From a bacterium (lineage in GTDB: Bacteria > Fidelibacterota > Fidelibacteria > Fidelibacterales > Fidelibacteraceae), in the NCBI GenBank assembly GCA_963676395.1, contig OY781066.1, forward strand, positions 2,047,586-2,111,585: a DNA stretch of 64,000 nt, given 5' to 3'. Position numbers and translations under genes: made by a program. The notes below the pieces were generated by a model. It was not told the origin of the DNA. It made no database searches and worked only from the letters and a program-made list of their open reading frames with translations. Shown here one piece after another: positions 20,303-30,509 of this stretch (the stretch's first letter is position 1; each line of letters starts with the position of its first letter).

Positions 20303-21091
20303 TTATATGCGATTCTTTATTTCAATGAATTCAGTTTCGATATCATAATTATTTTCACACCATTTTTGTAAAGCTTTTATACCAATGGTTTCGGACCAAT
20401 AATGTCCCAAATTGATATAATTACTTTTACTTTCGTAGGCAATGGCTGGGTGCTGTTCACGAATATCTCCGGTGATATAGGTATCAATTCCTAATTCCAA
20501 AGCCTGTTCATAGTATGAGCCACCGCCACCTGAAACAATGGCAATGTTTTCCGGAATATCTGGACCAAAATTGCAGTGATCCATTCCAAAAGATTTACCC
20601 GGATTGATACCTTCTGCTTGAATAAATCCCTGTTCATCGGTGCCTAATTTCTTGTGAAAAAGTTCAAGGATCTTGCTTATATTGTATTTTGCCGTATTCT
20701 TGACAATATAACCGACTTCAAAAGGTTCGATGATCGTTGCGGAAATACAAGCAGCCAATAAGGCATTATTTCCCAATTCTCGGTGAGCATCTAGGGGAAG
20801 ATGAATACCATATAGGTTTAAGTTGTTGTCAATAATATTTTTGATTTTGTTCTTTTCACGTCCTGTAATTGAAAAGAAATTCTTGCCGAACACACCATGA
20901 TGAACGATGAGAGCATCTGCTCCTGAATCTATAGCTTTCTGCAGAGACAGTTGGTTGTATGACACGGCAAATGCTATCTTATGGATGTCTTCTTTACCTT
21001 CGATCTGAAGACCGTTATGGCAGAAATCATCGTAGTCTTCGTATCTGAAAAGCTGTTTTAAGCCACTGCTAAGCTCGTCTCGCTTAATCAT
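20303..21091 (-). CDS. Nif3-like dinuclear metal centre protein
   Basis: NGLQIEG, ADALIVHHGVF, GHYWSE. 262 aa. Confidence 0.85.
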   Translation of the reverse strand: MIKRDELSSGLKQLFRYEDYDDFCHNGLQIEGKEDIHKIAFAVSYNQLSLQKAIDSGADALIVHHGVFGKNFFSITGREKNKIKNIIDNNLNLYGIHLPLDAHRELGNNALLAACISATIIEPFEVGYIVKNTAKYNISKILELFHKKLGTDEQGFIQAEGINPGKSFGMDHCNFGPDIPENIAIVSGGGGSYYEQALELGIDTYITGDIREQHPAIAYESKSNYINLGHYWSETIGIKALQKWCENNYDIETEFIEIKNRI

Positions 21092-21959
21092 TTACATCCT
21101 CCTCTATGACCAAAGAAATTGCAACCGGTCGGTGATCTGAAATGTGCTCATAATATTCAGTCAATCTACCTTCAAGGTATGTATCGTATCGTATAGTTTC
21201 AGTTTTGTAATGCTCTTCGAATAACTCATTTGTTATTGCAATATGATCAATATGAGATGGATATCTTGGGTAGGACCAAAATAAATTGCTACCTTCCGCA
21301 ATGGTCATATCGGTAAAGAAATATGATTGTCGGTCATTTATCATTTCACTAAAAACATTATCATTAACATCTGTTAGTTCATCGTTCATGTCACCCAAAA
21401 TCACAACGCGTTCATTATCGAGATAATCTTCAATGTACTCATCCAAAAGATTGATAGCACTCGTTCTGCGAGCAATATTTTCGGCGTCACCGTAAGCTTT
21501 TAGGTGATTATTGATGATATAAACAGTTTTCCCATTCCAATTTGCTTCCATGATATAGGGTGGGCGAGGGAAAGCACTCCATTGATTTGTATATATTTCA
21601 TATGGATCTTTAACCAATGAAACCTCTGAATTATTATAAAGGTAGGCCAGTCCCCATGAACCCCCACCAGGTGCAATGGTGTATTCATAATTATCAAGAC
21701 TATCTGCAAGATAACTTAATGATAATTCGGAGCTTATCTCTTGTAGTGCTATGATATCGGGCTGCAGGGCCCTTACCGCTGTGACCATATAGTCAATACT
21801 TTGAGAACTTGATGGAAATAAATGTAAGTTCCATGTGACGATATCTAAGGTATCACCGGAATTAAAAGATGGTTTGTCATCATCATTGTCATCGGGTATA
21901 TCTACGGCACATGAAAAGATCAGCAGTACACTGAGGAAATATATTAAGTATCGTTTCAA
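21084..21959 (-). CDS. exported endonuclease/exonuclease/phosphatase (EEP) family lipoprotein
   Basis: Signal plus lipobox-like LLIFSC. DIVTWNLHLF, IIALQEI, VILGDMND, SDHRPV are the EEP catalytic motifs. Confidence 0.8.
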   Translation of the reverse strand: MKRYLIYFLSVLLIFSCAVDIPDDNDDDKPSFNSGDTLDIVTWNLHLFPSSSQSIDYMVTAVRALQPDIIALQEISSELSLSYLADSLDNYEYTIAPGGGSWGLAYLYNNSEVSLVKDPYEIYTNQWSAFPRPPYIMEANWNGKTVYIINNHLKAYGDAENIARRTSAINLLDEYIEDYLDNERVVILGDMNDELTDVNDNVFSEMINDRQSYFFTDMTIAEGSNLFWSYPRYPSHIDHIAITNELFEEHYKTETIRYDTYLEGRLTEYYEHISDHRPVAISLVIEEDVND

Positions 21960-22357
21960 TTTAGCTCCAAGTCAATAATATACAAGTTGTTAGAAAAACT
22001 AATGTTCCGAATTCGTGTGCTTGATTTGAAATCTTGCATCATTAAATCGGTATTGATCCTTAATGTTGGATATTCTAAGTCAATATAAGACAGATCTTTC
22101 AAAAATCGTCTGGCAAAACCAAAAAGGATATCAGCTATCTTTCGATCAGATAAGATATTCATGCTAAGCATGCCATTTCTAAAGGTAATAAAATCTAATT
22201 CTAACGTCACTTTATTAAGAATGGGTGCTGTAGCACTAAGAAAGATGGTTGCTCCGGTTTTTTTAAGATCAAAATCCATTTTTTTTATAAGCATAATATC
22301 CGGATCCAAAGATCCTGAAAAGTGAAAATGGTCGAAAGTCAGTTGTAAAGTTTTCAT
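21956..22357 (-). CDS. hypothetical protein (133 aa)
   Basis: ORF only. 4-nt overlap with the EEP gene suggests co-translation. No recognisable motif. Confidence 0.45.
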   Translation of the reverse strand: MKTLQLTFDHFHFSGSLDPDIMLIKKMDFDLKKTGATIFLSATAPILNKVTLELDFITFRNGMLSMNILSDRKIADILFGFARRFLKDLSYIDLEYPTLRINTDLMMQDFKSSTRIRNISFSNNLYIIDLELN

Positions 22358-22424
22358 ACTTGAATTTACTAATAAATTTAATATGGGAAAAGGATAATTT
22401 AAACGTGAAATGATACTTAGTTAG

Positions 22425-23576
<1,152 letters not shown>

Positions 23577-23590
23577 TTGTCATAAATCAA

Positions 23591-23623
23591 TAAAGGCTGC
23601 TCGTTAGAGCAGCCTTTATTTTT
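23591..23623 (+). terminator. rho-independent terminator after gap
   Basis: TAAAGGCTGCTC / GAGCAGCCTTTA 12-bp stem with a GTTA loop, then a T run. Confidence 0.85.
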
Positions 23624-23634
23624 CCAAACACACT

Positions 23635-25578
23635 ATGTCAAAGATCAAATTTATATTTGCCTTGCACAATCATCAACCCGTCGGAAACTTCGACGATGTT
23701 TTTGATAATGTTTATAAAAAATCCTATAAAGTCTATCTTGATCTACTCAAGAAGTATCCTTCTATTTCCACATCACTTCACTATAGTGGTCCCTTATTGG
23801 AATGGTTGATAGGTCATCAGCCTGAATTTCTTGATAGTATTAACGAGTTAACGGGGCATGATAGAGTTGAACTCTTATCTTCGGCGTATTATGAACCTAT
23901 GTTAACATTATTGCCTGAATCAGATCGTATTGGTCAGATTAAATTGCAAAACGCTTTGTTAAGAGATACCTTTGGTTATACACCTTTAGGAATGTGGCTA
24001 CCCGAACGTGTCTGGTCGCTTGACCTGCCTTACAGCATTTGTGAGAGTGGTTTAAAGTATACGATCATTGATGAACATCATGTGAGCAATAAACCACCTG
24101 TAAAAGGATATTACAATACAGAATCCGAAGGTCGAACAATTGGTGTATTTTCCATTTCTCAAAGGCTTCGTGAAATGATCCCTTATGAGAAACCTCAGAA
24201 AGTGATCGATTATATACTTTCACAAGCAACTGATAATGAGCAAGATGTAATAGTATTTATGGAGAATGGCGAGAAGTTTGGTGTGTATCCGGATTCCGAT
24301 TCACATTTGGAATGGTTGAATGAATTCTTCGAACTCTTAATGAAGTATCAGGATAAAATAGAAACGACTACATTCAAAGAGTATTGGACACATTTTATGC
24401 CGCTTGGCCTAGTTTATCCTACCGAAGGCGGTTACCCCGAAATGGATACCTGGGCTTCTTCTATGAATGGATTTGGTAAGGGCTGGCGTTCATTTTTAAT
24501 GAAGTATCCCGAAGCTAACTGGATGCATAAGCGTATGTGTCAGATATCAAGGAAGATTAAAACATTGGAATGCACGGATAAAGCTAAACGAAGTATTCGC
24601 AATATCCGTAAGCAATTTTGGTCAGGAACATCTCACGATGCCTATTGGCACGGTATACACGGCGGGATATATCTCCCACATTTAAGAAATGCAACATGGT
24701 CTAATCTTATCAAAGCTGAAGCGGCTATAGATAAGCATCTATATAATCTTTCCGATCAAGTGTATCAAGAAGTTACAGATATTAATCGAGACGGTTATAA
24801 CGATGTAACCATTACAACAAAAAATTTTAGAGCAGTGTTTGATTCCAGTATTATGGGGGGCATGGAAGAACTGGATTTTAAACCTGCAGCAGTAAATCTC
24901 TGCAACAATATTTCTTGCCATCCTGAGCTCTTTCATGAGGATATGGATGAGAAACCCGTATATGATAATCATCCACGCTATTCTTTGATAGAGCGTTATT
25001 ATGATAAAGACATTAGTGTTGATATGGTGCGGGAACAACAAATTGAAGATGCCAGTGATTTTTTAAATGAAGCCGTAGAAGTAAAATCCACGGTCAAATC
25101 ATGTTGTGTAAAATTTTCCAGAAACGGGTGGATCAATTGGCAACGTGCATATTTATACAAAAATATCCAATTTTCTGAAAATGGTTTCGAAGTAAATTAT
25201 AGAATTAAAAATAATGGTATAGGTCCTATTGATTTTCTTTTCGGTCCGGAATTCAATTTTTCTGTAAATAGCGGAGAATGGGAAAAACGATTCTATTCAG
25301 CTCCCAAAGAGCTTAATGGAAAGACCATGGAACATGTCTCTGATCTTGATGAAGTAAATGAATTGGAAATCAAGAATACTGCAGATAAATATAAGATAAA
25401 GATCACAAGCAAAGAAGCTGCTCGTGTTATGACATACCCCAATATTATTCCGGTTCTACAACCGTCCGGGCTTGAGAATATTTTCCAGAACGTGGTATTG
25501 AATTATTTTTGGAAAGTTCATTTGGACCCACGAGAAGAAAAAGAGATCAAATTGGAAGTAGAGATTTGCAAAGCGTAA
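23635..25578 (+). CDS. GH57-family alpha-glucan enzyme (4-alpha-glucanotransferase/alpha-amylase type)
   Basis: N-terminus IKFIFALHNHQPVGNF is the GH57 signature. 647 aa. Confidence 0.85.
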   Translation: MSKIKFIFALHNHQPVGNFDDVFDNVYKKSYKVYLDLLKKYPSISTSLHYSGPLLEWLIGHQPEFLDSINELTGHDRVELLSSAYYEPMLTLLPESDRIGQIKLQNALLRDTFGYTPLGMWLPERVWSLDLPYSICESGLKYTIIDEHHVSNKPPVKGYYNTESEGRTIGVFSISQRLREMIPYEKPQKVIDYILSQATDNEQDVIVFMENGEKFGVYPDSDSHLEWLNEFFELLMKYQDKIETTTFKEYWTHFMPLGLVYPTEGGYPEMDTWASSMNGFGKGWRSFLMKYPEANWMHKRMCQISRKIKTLECTDKAKRSIRNIRKQFWSGTSHDAYWHGIHGGIYLPHLRNATWSNLIKAEAAIDKHLYNLSDQVYQEVTDINRDGYNDVTITTKNFRAVFDSSIMGGMEELDFKPAAVNLCNNISCHPELFHEDMDEKPVYDNHPRYSLIERYYDKDISVDMVREQQIEDASDFLNEAVEVKSTVKSCCVKFSRNGWINWQRAYLYKNIQFSENGFEVNYRIKNNGIGPIDFLFGPEFNFSVNSGEWEKRFYSAPKELNGKTMEHVSDLDEVNELEIKNTADKYKIKITSKEAARVMTYPNIIPVLQPSGLENIFQNVVLNYFWKVHLDPREEKEIKLEVEICKA

Positions 25579-25852
25579 GTCGTAAGATCCTCCTTCGCTT
25601 CTTTGAAACTTCGTATGGGCAAGCGTTGGTCGATAATCGCAATATGTCGTAATTTGAATAAGAATAAATAGTCATTATAGAATATTATCCTAGACTTGGT
25701 TTGGGATTTTTTTATTGGGTAAATAAAAGAGCCACACGATCGCGTGCCTGCATTATCAATCACTATAAATTTAACTTTTTTTCACATCTTACGTTTTACG
25801 AAGGCCAGCCTTCGCATAAGGCTTTGGCCGGTCAGCATTTTATGCTGATAAT

Positions 25853-25875
25853 AAAAAACCCGATCAAAGATCGGG
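25853..25875 (-). terminator. rho-independent terminator after rpsU
   Basis: Minus strand CCCGATC-UUU-GATCGGG followed by UUUUUU, 28 nt after the rpsU stop. Confidence 0.75.
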
Positions 25876-25902
25876 AATTTCATACACAATTGTCAGCAGA
25901 GA

Positions 25903-26100
25903 TTATCTGTTGGCAATACGGGCAAGTCGTTTGAGTCTACGTTCGGCTTTTGCCTTTTTGATGCGTTTATCCTGGCTAGGTTTGATATAATAAGAATTCT
26001 TATTGATATCTTTCATAATGCCGGCTTTTTCGAATTTCTTCTTGAAGCGTCGTAGGGCTCTTTCCAAAGGTTCATCTTTATGAACTGTGACTTGTACCAT
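25903..26100 (-). CDS. rpsU: 30S ribosomal protein S21
   Basis: MVQVTVHKDEPLERALRRFKKKFEKAGI. The ATG at 26100 has a GGAAGGTGG RBS 8 nt upstream; the ORF-track GTG at 26112 lies inside that RBS. Confidence 0.93.
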   Translation of the reverse strand: MVQVTVHKDEPLERALRRFKKKFEKAGIMKDINKNSYYIKPSQDKRIKKAKAERRLKRLARIANR

Positions 26101-26131
26101 GTGTTTCACCACCTTCCAATGGGATTAAAGT

Positions 26132-27043
26132 TTATCCTAAGTAATTTCTTAATTTCGTGCTGCGTGATTTATGACGCAGGCGACGAATTGCTTTTTCTTT
26201 GATCTGACGTACACGTTCGCGAGTCAGATTAAATTCTTCACCGATTTCGTTCAAGGTCAGTGCATATTCACGGTCAATACCGAAATACATCTTAATCACT
26301 TCACGTTCACGGTCTTTTAATGTATCCAAAGCAGATTGAATTTCTGATTCAAGAGATTCATCCATTAAACCGCGATCCGGAGACTTTTGACCACCGTCTT
26401 CGATAATATCGATCAGAGAGTTTTTTTCTCCGTCACGGAAAGGAGCATCCAAAGAGTGGTGGCGACGAGAAATACGTACGGCATCGGAAACTTCTTGAGT
26501 TTTGATACCTAATTTTGTTGCCAATTCTTCTTCATTGGGAGTTCTTTCCTGTTCACCTTCAAGTTCTTCAGCTGCGCGGGTGATTTTTGAGATGGTACCA
26601 ACACGGTTGAGAGGAAGGCGAACGATACGGCTATGTTCAGCTAGAGCCTGTAAAATTGACTGACGAATCCACCAAACAGCGTATGAGATAAATTTGAATC
26701 CACGGGTTTCGTCAAATCTCTCGGCTGCCTTAATTAAGCCCAAGTTACCCTCATTGATTAAATCGGTAAGAGGTAGACCTTGTCCTTGATAATCTTTTGC
26801 AACAGAAACCACGAAACGCAGGTTAGCCTCACATAGTTTTTTTAATGCTCTTCGGTCTCCCTGTTTCGTACGGCGTGCCAGATCGATCTCTTCCTCGGGT
26901 TTCAAGGGTTCGAAATTACCGATCTCGTCCAAGTAACGACTTAAGGCACGGTTTGCTTCAGAGCTATTACGTTTTTTACGTGCAGCAGCTTCGCTGTTTA
27001 CTTTAACTCGCTTTGATTTTGTTTTCTTTGCAGTTTCTGCCAT
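26132..27043 (-). CDS. rpoD: primary-type sigma-70 factor, short form lacking region 1.1
   Basis: 303 aa. [64 protein letters not shown]. Confidence 0.85.
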   Translation of the reverse strand: MAETAKKTKSKRVKVNSEAAARKKRNSSEANRALSRYLDEIGNFEPLKPEEEIDLARRTKQGDRRALKKLCEANLRFVVSVAKDYQGQGLPLTDLINEGNLGLIKAAERFDETRGFKFISYAVWWIRQSILQALAEHSRIVRLPLNRVGTISKITRAAEELEGEQERTPNEEELATKLGIKTQEVSDAVRISRRHHSLDAPFRDGEKNSLIDIIEDGGQKSPDRGLMDESLESEIQSALDTLKDREREVIKMYFGIDREYALTLNEIGEEFNLTRERVRQIKEKAIRRLRHKSRSTKLRNYLG

Positions 27044-27177
27044 TTCTTGTCCTTATAAAATTATATGGAAAAAAGCCAATTAATATAAGGTCAAAGGGGG
27101 CAAAATACAAGTAAAAAGGTAAAAGATAAAAGGGAAGGGGGAAGTTAAAACAGGTTGTTATATTCTTTTATAAATGA

Positions 27178-27630
27178 TTATAAATCAGTCATAAGAATCG
27201 AAACAATACTCTCAAGAGAATTCTTATCTATTTCATCAAAGCGATCTATGGTAGGACTATCGATATCCAGCACTCCCAACTTGATACCATCTTTAATCAT
27301 AGGGATCACGATTTCTGAGCGTGAAGCTGAGTCACAAGCTATATGCCCCGGAAATGCATGGACATCGGCAACGATAAGAGTTTTGGATAATGAAATGGAA
27401 GTTCCGCAAACACCTTTGCCAAGTTGGATTTCTACACAGGCCGGTTTGCCCTGAAAAGGCCCCAGTATTAGTTTATCTTCATGTAAAAAGTAGAATCCCG
27501 CCCAACTAATATCCGGCAGTTTGTTGAAAATAGCAGCAGCAACATTGGCATAGTTGCTGATAGATTGATTCACATTCTTGATAAGAGATTTGATTTCGCA
27601 GATGAGTTCATTGTATAATTGTTCTTTCAT
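27178..27630 (-). CDS. GAF-domain protein, YebR/MsrC (free methionine-R-sulfoxide reductase) family
   Basis: WAGFYFLHEDKLILGPFQGKPACVEIQLGKGVCGT...HIACDSASRSEIV is nearly collinear with E. coli YebR as I recall it. Confidence 0.85.
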   Translation of the reverse strand: MKEQLYNELICEIKSLIKNVNQSISNYANVAAAIFNKLPDISWAGFYFLHEDKLILGPFQGKPACVEIQLGKGVCGTSISLSKTLIVADVHAFPGHIACDSASRSEIVIPMIKDGIKLGVLDIDSPTIDRFDEIDKNSLESIVSILMTDL

Positions 27631-27772
27631 ATTAAAGTTTAATCAAAATATGGTATGATACCAATTCTAAATTATATGAATTCTAATGTCCCGGTCATTC
27701 GGTACAATGTGTTAGCTAAATAAAAAATATTTTTTTATATTATTGTATCAAAATAACTATTTAGGAGGAAGT

Positions 27773-28423
27773 ATGACTCAGGCTACTCTTCAAGCCTTGG
27801 ATGGCTTACGTGATCTCTCAATGATGAAATGGTATGTGATTCCATTATTGTCTGTGGTGTTTTATATTTACACGCAAGAAATAAATAAAGCTCGTTTGAC
27901 AAAAAATTGGGATGCGGTATTTGCCGGTCTCATGGTGTTCGGATTGGATTTTTTTAACGAAACCTGGAATGGGTGGGCGTTATGGATTTCAGGACGATCT
28001 GCATTTTGGACCGCTCCAGGTGATACGGGTTTACGAGTTACGATTGGTTGGAACATTGAGATAATTTTTATGTTTTTGATGTTAGGTATTATATTCTACA
28101 ACTCCTTATCCGAAAAACAGGATAAAAAGATTTTTGGGTTAAATGAAAAATGGGCCATAGCGATTGCTTACACTATTCTCTGTGTTTTTATTGAGTGTGT
28201 CCTAAATAAAGCCGATCTGTTGATTTGGGAATATACATTATGGAATCGTTCTTTTATAGGTATTTGGGCGATATTGATATTTGGGTATTTTATTTTCTTT
28301 GCCGGTGCGATATTTATTATTACACGGAAGACCATGAAAGAAAAAATGATAACTCTTGGCGTAGTTTATGGTGTGCCGATCCTGATGAATATTATTGCAG
28401 CGATAGCTGGCGCCAAGTATTAA
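27773..28423 (+). CDS. hypothetical integral membrane protein
   Basis: About 6 hydrophobic segments. The ATG at 27773 follows AGGAGG; the ORF-track TTG at 27743 has no RBS. Confidence 0.55.
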   Translation: MTQATLQALDGLRDLSMMKWYVIPLLSVVFYIYTQEINKARLTKNWDAVFAGLMVFGLDFFNETWNGWALWISGRSAFWTAPGDTGLRVTIGWNIEIIFMFLMLGIIFYNSLSEKQDKKIFGLNEKWAIAIAYTILCVFIECVLNKADLLIWEYTLWNRSFIGIWAILIFGYFIFFAGAIFIITRKTMKEKMITLGVVYGVPILMNIIAAIAGAKY

Positions 28424-28517
28424 AATTGAACAGATATAAAGAATTATGTCGTGTAAGGTGTCCCGAAATTATCCGGGGAAGCCGTTCCCTACATTTTTTA
28501 TGGAAAGTAGATAATAG

Positions 28518-29186
28518 ATGCGAAAGAGAAACTTCATTTTATTTTTAATATTGATTATTACAATATCCTGTTCTAATAAGCAGGATATATTACAGGTTTT
28601 TGATATTGAGAACGACGATCGCTTGCTGGCTCACGTAGACGTTGAAACTACAGGTTTAATTCCCGGATATCATGAGATGATTGATATAGGTTTGGTGATT
28701 ACTGATGTTGTCGGCAATAAGATCGATAGTTTATTTTTATTAATTAAACCTGATCACCCGGAACGTTTACAACCGGGTGCATACGCGGTTAATGCCTTTG
28801 ATGCAGTGAAATGGGAGGAACGTGGCGCATTTTCAATTGATGCCGCTGTGGATAGCATCCTCTCATTTCACCAAAGGGTCTGTGGTGATAAGCAGGTGCT
28901 GATGATCGCCTATAATTCTCATTTCGATTCGGCATTTCTAGACCATTTGTTCAGACATGCAGATCATAGTTGGCGGGAAATGTATCATTATTTCATTTTA
29001 GATATTCCTTCAATGCTATGGGGAATGGGATACACCGATCCTCTGGCCGATGAGTTTATGGAATATTATCAGGTCAAAGATGAACCTCATGTTGCCGAAG
29101 ACCATACCGGTATCACCGGTGTGATGTTGAATGTGAGAATTTATAAAGCCTTGATGGCGATTCATCTTAAACAAAGATGTAAATAA
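28518..29186 (+). CDS. DnaQ-like DEDDh 3'-5' exonuclease with an N-terminal export signal
   Basis: Signal/lipobox-like FILFLILIITISC. Exo motifs HVDVETTG, AYNSHFDSAFL and HVAEDH. Confidence 0.65.
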   Translation: MRKRNFILFLILIITISCSNKQDILQVFDIENDDRLLAHVDVETTGLIPGYHEMIDIGLVITDVVGNKIDSLFLLIKPDHPERLQPGAYAVNAFDAVKWEERGAFSIDAAVDSILSFHQRVCGDKQVLMIAYNSHFDSAFLDHLFRHADHSWREMYHYFILDIPSMLWGMGYTDPLADEFMEYYQVKDEPHVAEDHTGITGVMLNVRIYKALMAIHLKQRCK

Positions 29187-29286
29187 TAACTACTTAGGGT
29201 TCAACATGTTGGAACCGGTTAAAACAAAGTTTGGATATGTCTACCATTTATGTGCTGTTTATCAAAATAAATAATCAAAATTTTCA

Positions 29287-29315
29287 TTGATTTAAGACCG
29301 AAAAATAACGATAAT
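29287..29315 (+). promoter_or_regulatory. candidate sigma70-type promoter for the purM operon
   Basis: TTGATT (29287-29292), 17 nt, GATAAT (29310-29315), about 63 nt upstream of the purM ATG. Confidence 0.45.
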
Positions 29316-29378
29316 TTGCTGTGGTAGGGTTACAAATAAAATATCAGTTCTATATTCCAATAAAATAAGAGGATAGCT

Positions 29379-30467
29379 ATGTCCAAGAATGTTCAGAGCG
29401 GTGTAAATATTGATCTCGGAAATCAATGCTCCCGCACGGCCTACGCATGGGCTAAAAAAACTTTCAATAATCGACCGGCAGGTGAAGGTAATCCCGAACT
29501 GGATGTCGAAGGTTCATTTTCTAATATCATGGATTTTCGCGGTGTAAAAGTCGGAATGTCCTCAGACGGTATCGGAACAAAGATCGAGCTGGCAGAGCGT
29601 ACGGGTATTTATGATACCATCGGTTATGATCTGATCGCCATGACGGCTGATGATCTGGCCGCCAATGGCATGGAAACCGTTAATATGACCAATATTCTTG
29701 ATGTCGATCATCTGGATCATGATATTATCAACGAGCTGATGAAAGGCCTGCACGAAGCCGCCAACTTCTCGCATGTCATTATAACAGGTGGAGAAATTGC
29801 CGAATTGGGTAATCGTATTTGTGGTTATGGCGACAAAATGCATTTTAACTGGTGTGCGGCCGGTGTTTCGATGCTTCCTGAAGGTTTAAAACCCGTGGAT
29901 GGTGCCGATATCAAGCCCGGAGACAAAGTGATCTCACTTAAGAGTCGTGGATTCCGCTCGAATGGCTATTCGCTGCTGCGCAGAATTATGGAAGATAATT
30001 TTGGTGACTCATGGCACGAACATCCTTATTGTGATGGAACTTGGGGTGAAGCCCTCTTAACACCTTCATTGATCTATACTCCCTTGATCTCAGCCCTTCG
30101 CAAAGCGGGACATGAATTAAAAGGCATTTCCCATATCACAGGCGGTGGACTGGGTGATAATTTCGGTCGCGTACTCAAAGTCAGTGGTTACGGAGCCATT
30201 CTTGATAATATTTACGAACCTCTTCCGGTAATGAAAGCTGTTCAAGAAATCGGTAAAGTCAGTGAAGAGCAAGCTTATCGTTTATGGAACCAGGGAAACG
30301 GTATGTTGTTGGTTGTTCCTGCCGAAGAAGCGGATGCTGTTGTTGCAGACGCAGCAAAACAGCAGTACGAAGCTAAGGTTTGTGGTGAGATCATTGAAGA
30401 AGCAAAGATCCATATTGATACCAAGGGACTTGATCCTCAACAATTAAGTTATAAGGTTGAGAGTTAG
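29379..30467 (+). CDS. purM: phosphoribosylformylglycinamidine cyclo-ligase (AIR synthetase), divergent
   Basis: SSDGIGTKIELAE, GYDLIAMTADDLAANG and PurM-type N/C domains, at the head of the pur operon. Confidence 0.8.
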   Translation: MSKNVQSGVNIDLGNQCSRTAYAWAKKTFNNRPAGEGNPELDVEGSFSNIMDFRGVKVGMSSDGIGTKIELAERTGIYDTIGYDLIAMTADDLAANGMETVNMTNILDVDHLDHDIINELMKGLHEAANFSHVIITGGEIAELGNRICGYGDKMHFNWCAAGVSMLPEGLKPVDGADIKPGDKVISLKSRGFRSNGYSLLRRIMEDNFGDSWHEHPYCDGTWGEALLTPSLIYTPLISALRKAGHELKGISHITGGGLGDNFGRVLKVSGYGAILDNIYEPLPVMKAVQEIGKVSEEQAYRLWNQGNGMLLVVPAEEADAVVADAAKQQYEAKVCGEIIEEAKIHIDTKGLDPQQLSYKVES

Positions 30468-30496
30468 GTTGAGTAATGAGAGTATGTATTAAGTAA
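30457..30496 (+). repeat. short low-complexity motif, degenerate copy
   Basis: TTGAGAGTTAG (one base shorter than the 12-mer), then GTTGAGTAATGAGAGTATGTATTAAG, spanning the purM stop. Confidence 0.2.
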
Positions 30497-30509
30497 CAAA
30501 GGAGCTTAT

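Noticed and set aside
25518-25934. ORFs 25518..25763 (-) and 25701..25934 (+).
   Set aside because: They span the convergent spacer and terminator, have no RBS, and their sequence is translated hairpin-motif DNA (for example TFYEGQPSHKALAGQ).
27155-27454. A 99-aa plus-strand ORF.
   Set aside because: It is antisense to the strongly supported GAF/YebR-like gene.
28225-28548. A 107-aa plus-strand ORF overlapping the end of the membrane-protein gene and the start of the exonuclease gene.
   Set aside because: It is an out-of-frame overlap with two better-supported genes, and it has no RBS.
29187-29378. Looked for ZTP, THF, glycine or purine riboswitches ahead of purM, and likewise at 36945-37034 and 56520-56761.
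   Set aside because: No match to the conserved cores that I know, and the leaders are short or unstructured by eye. An Infernal scan would be decisive.
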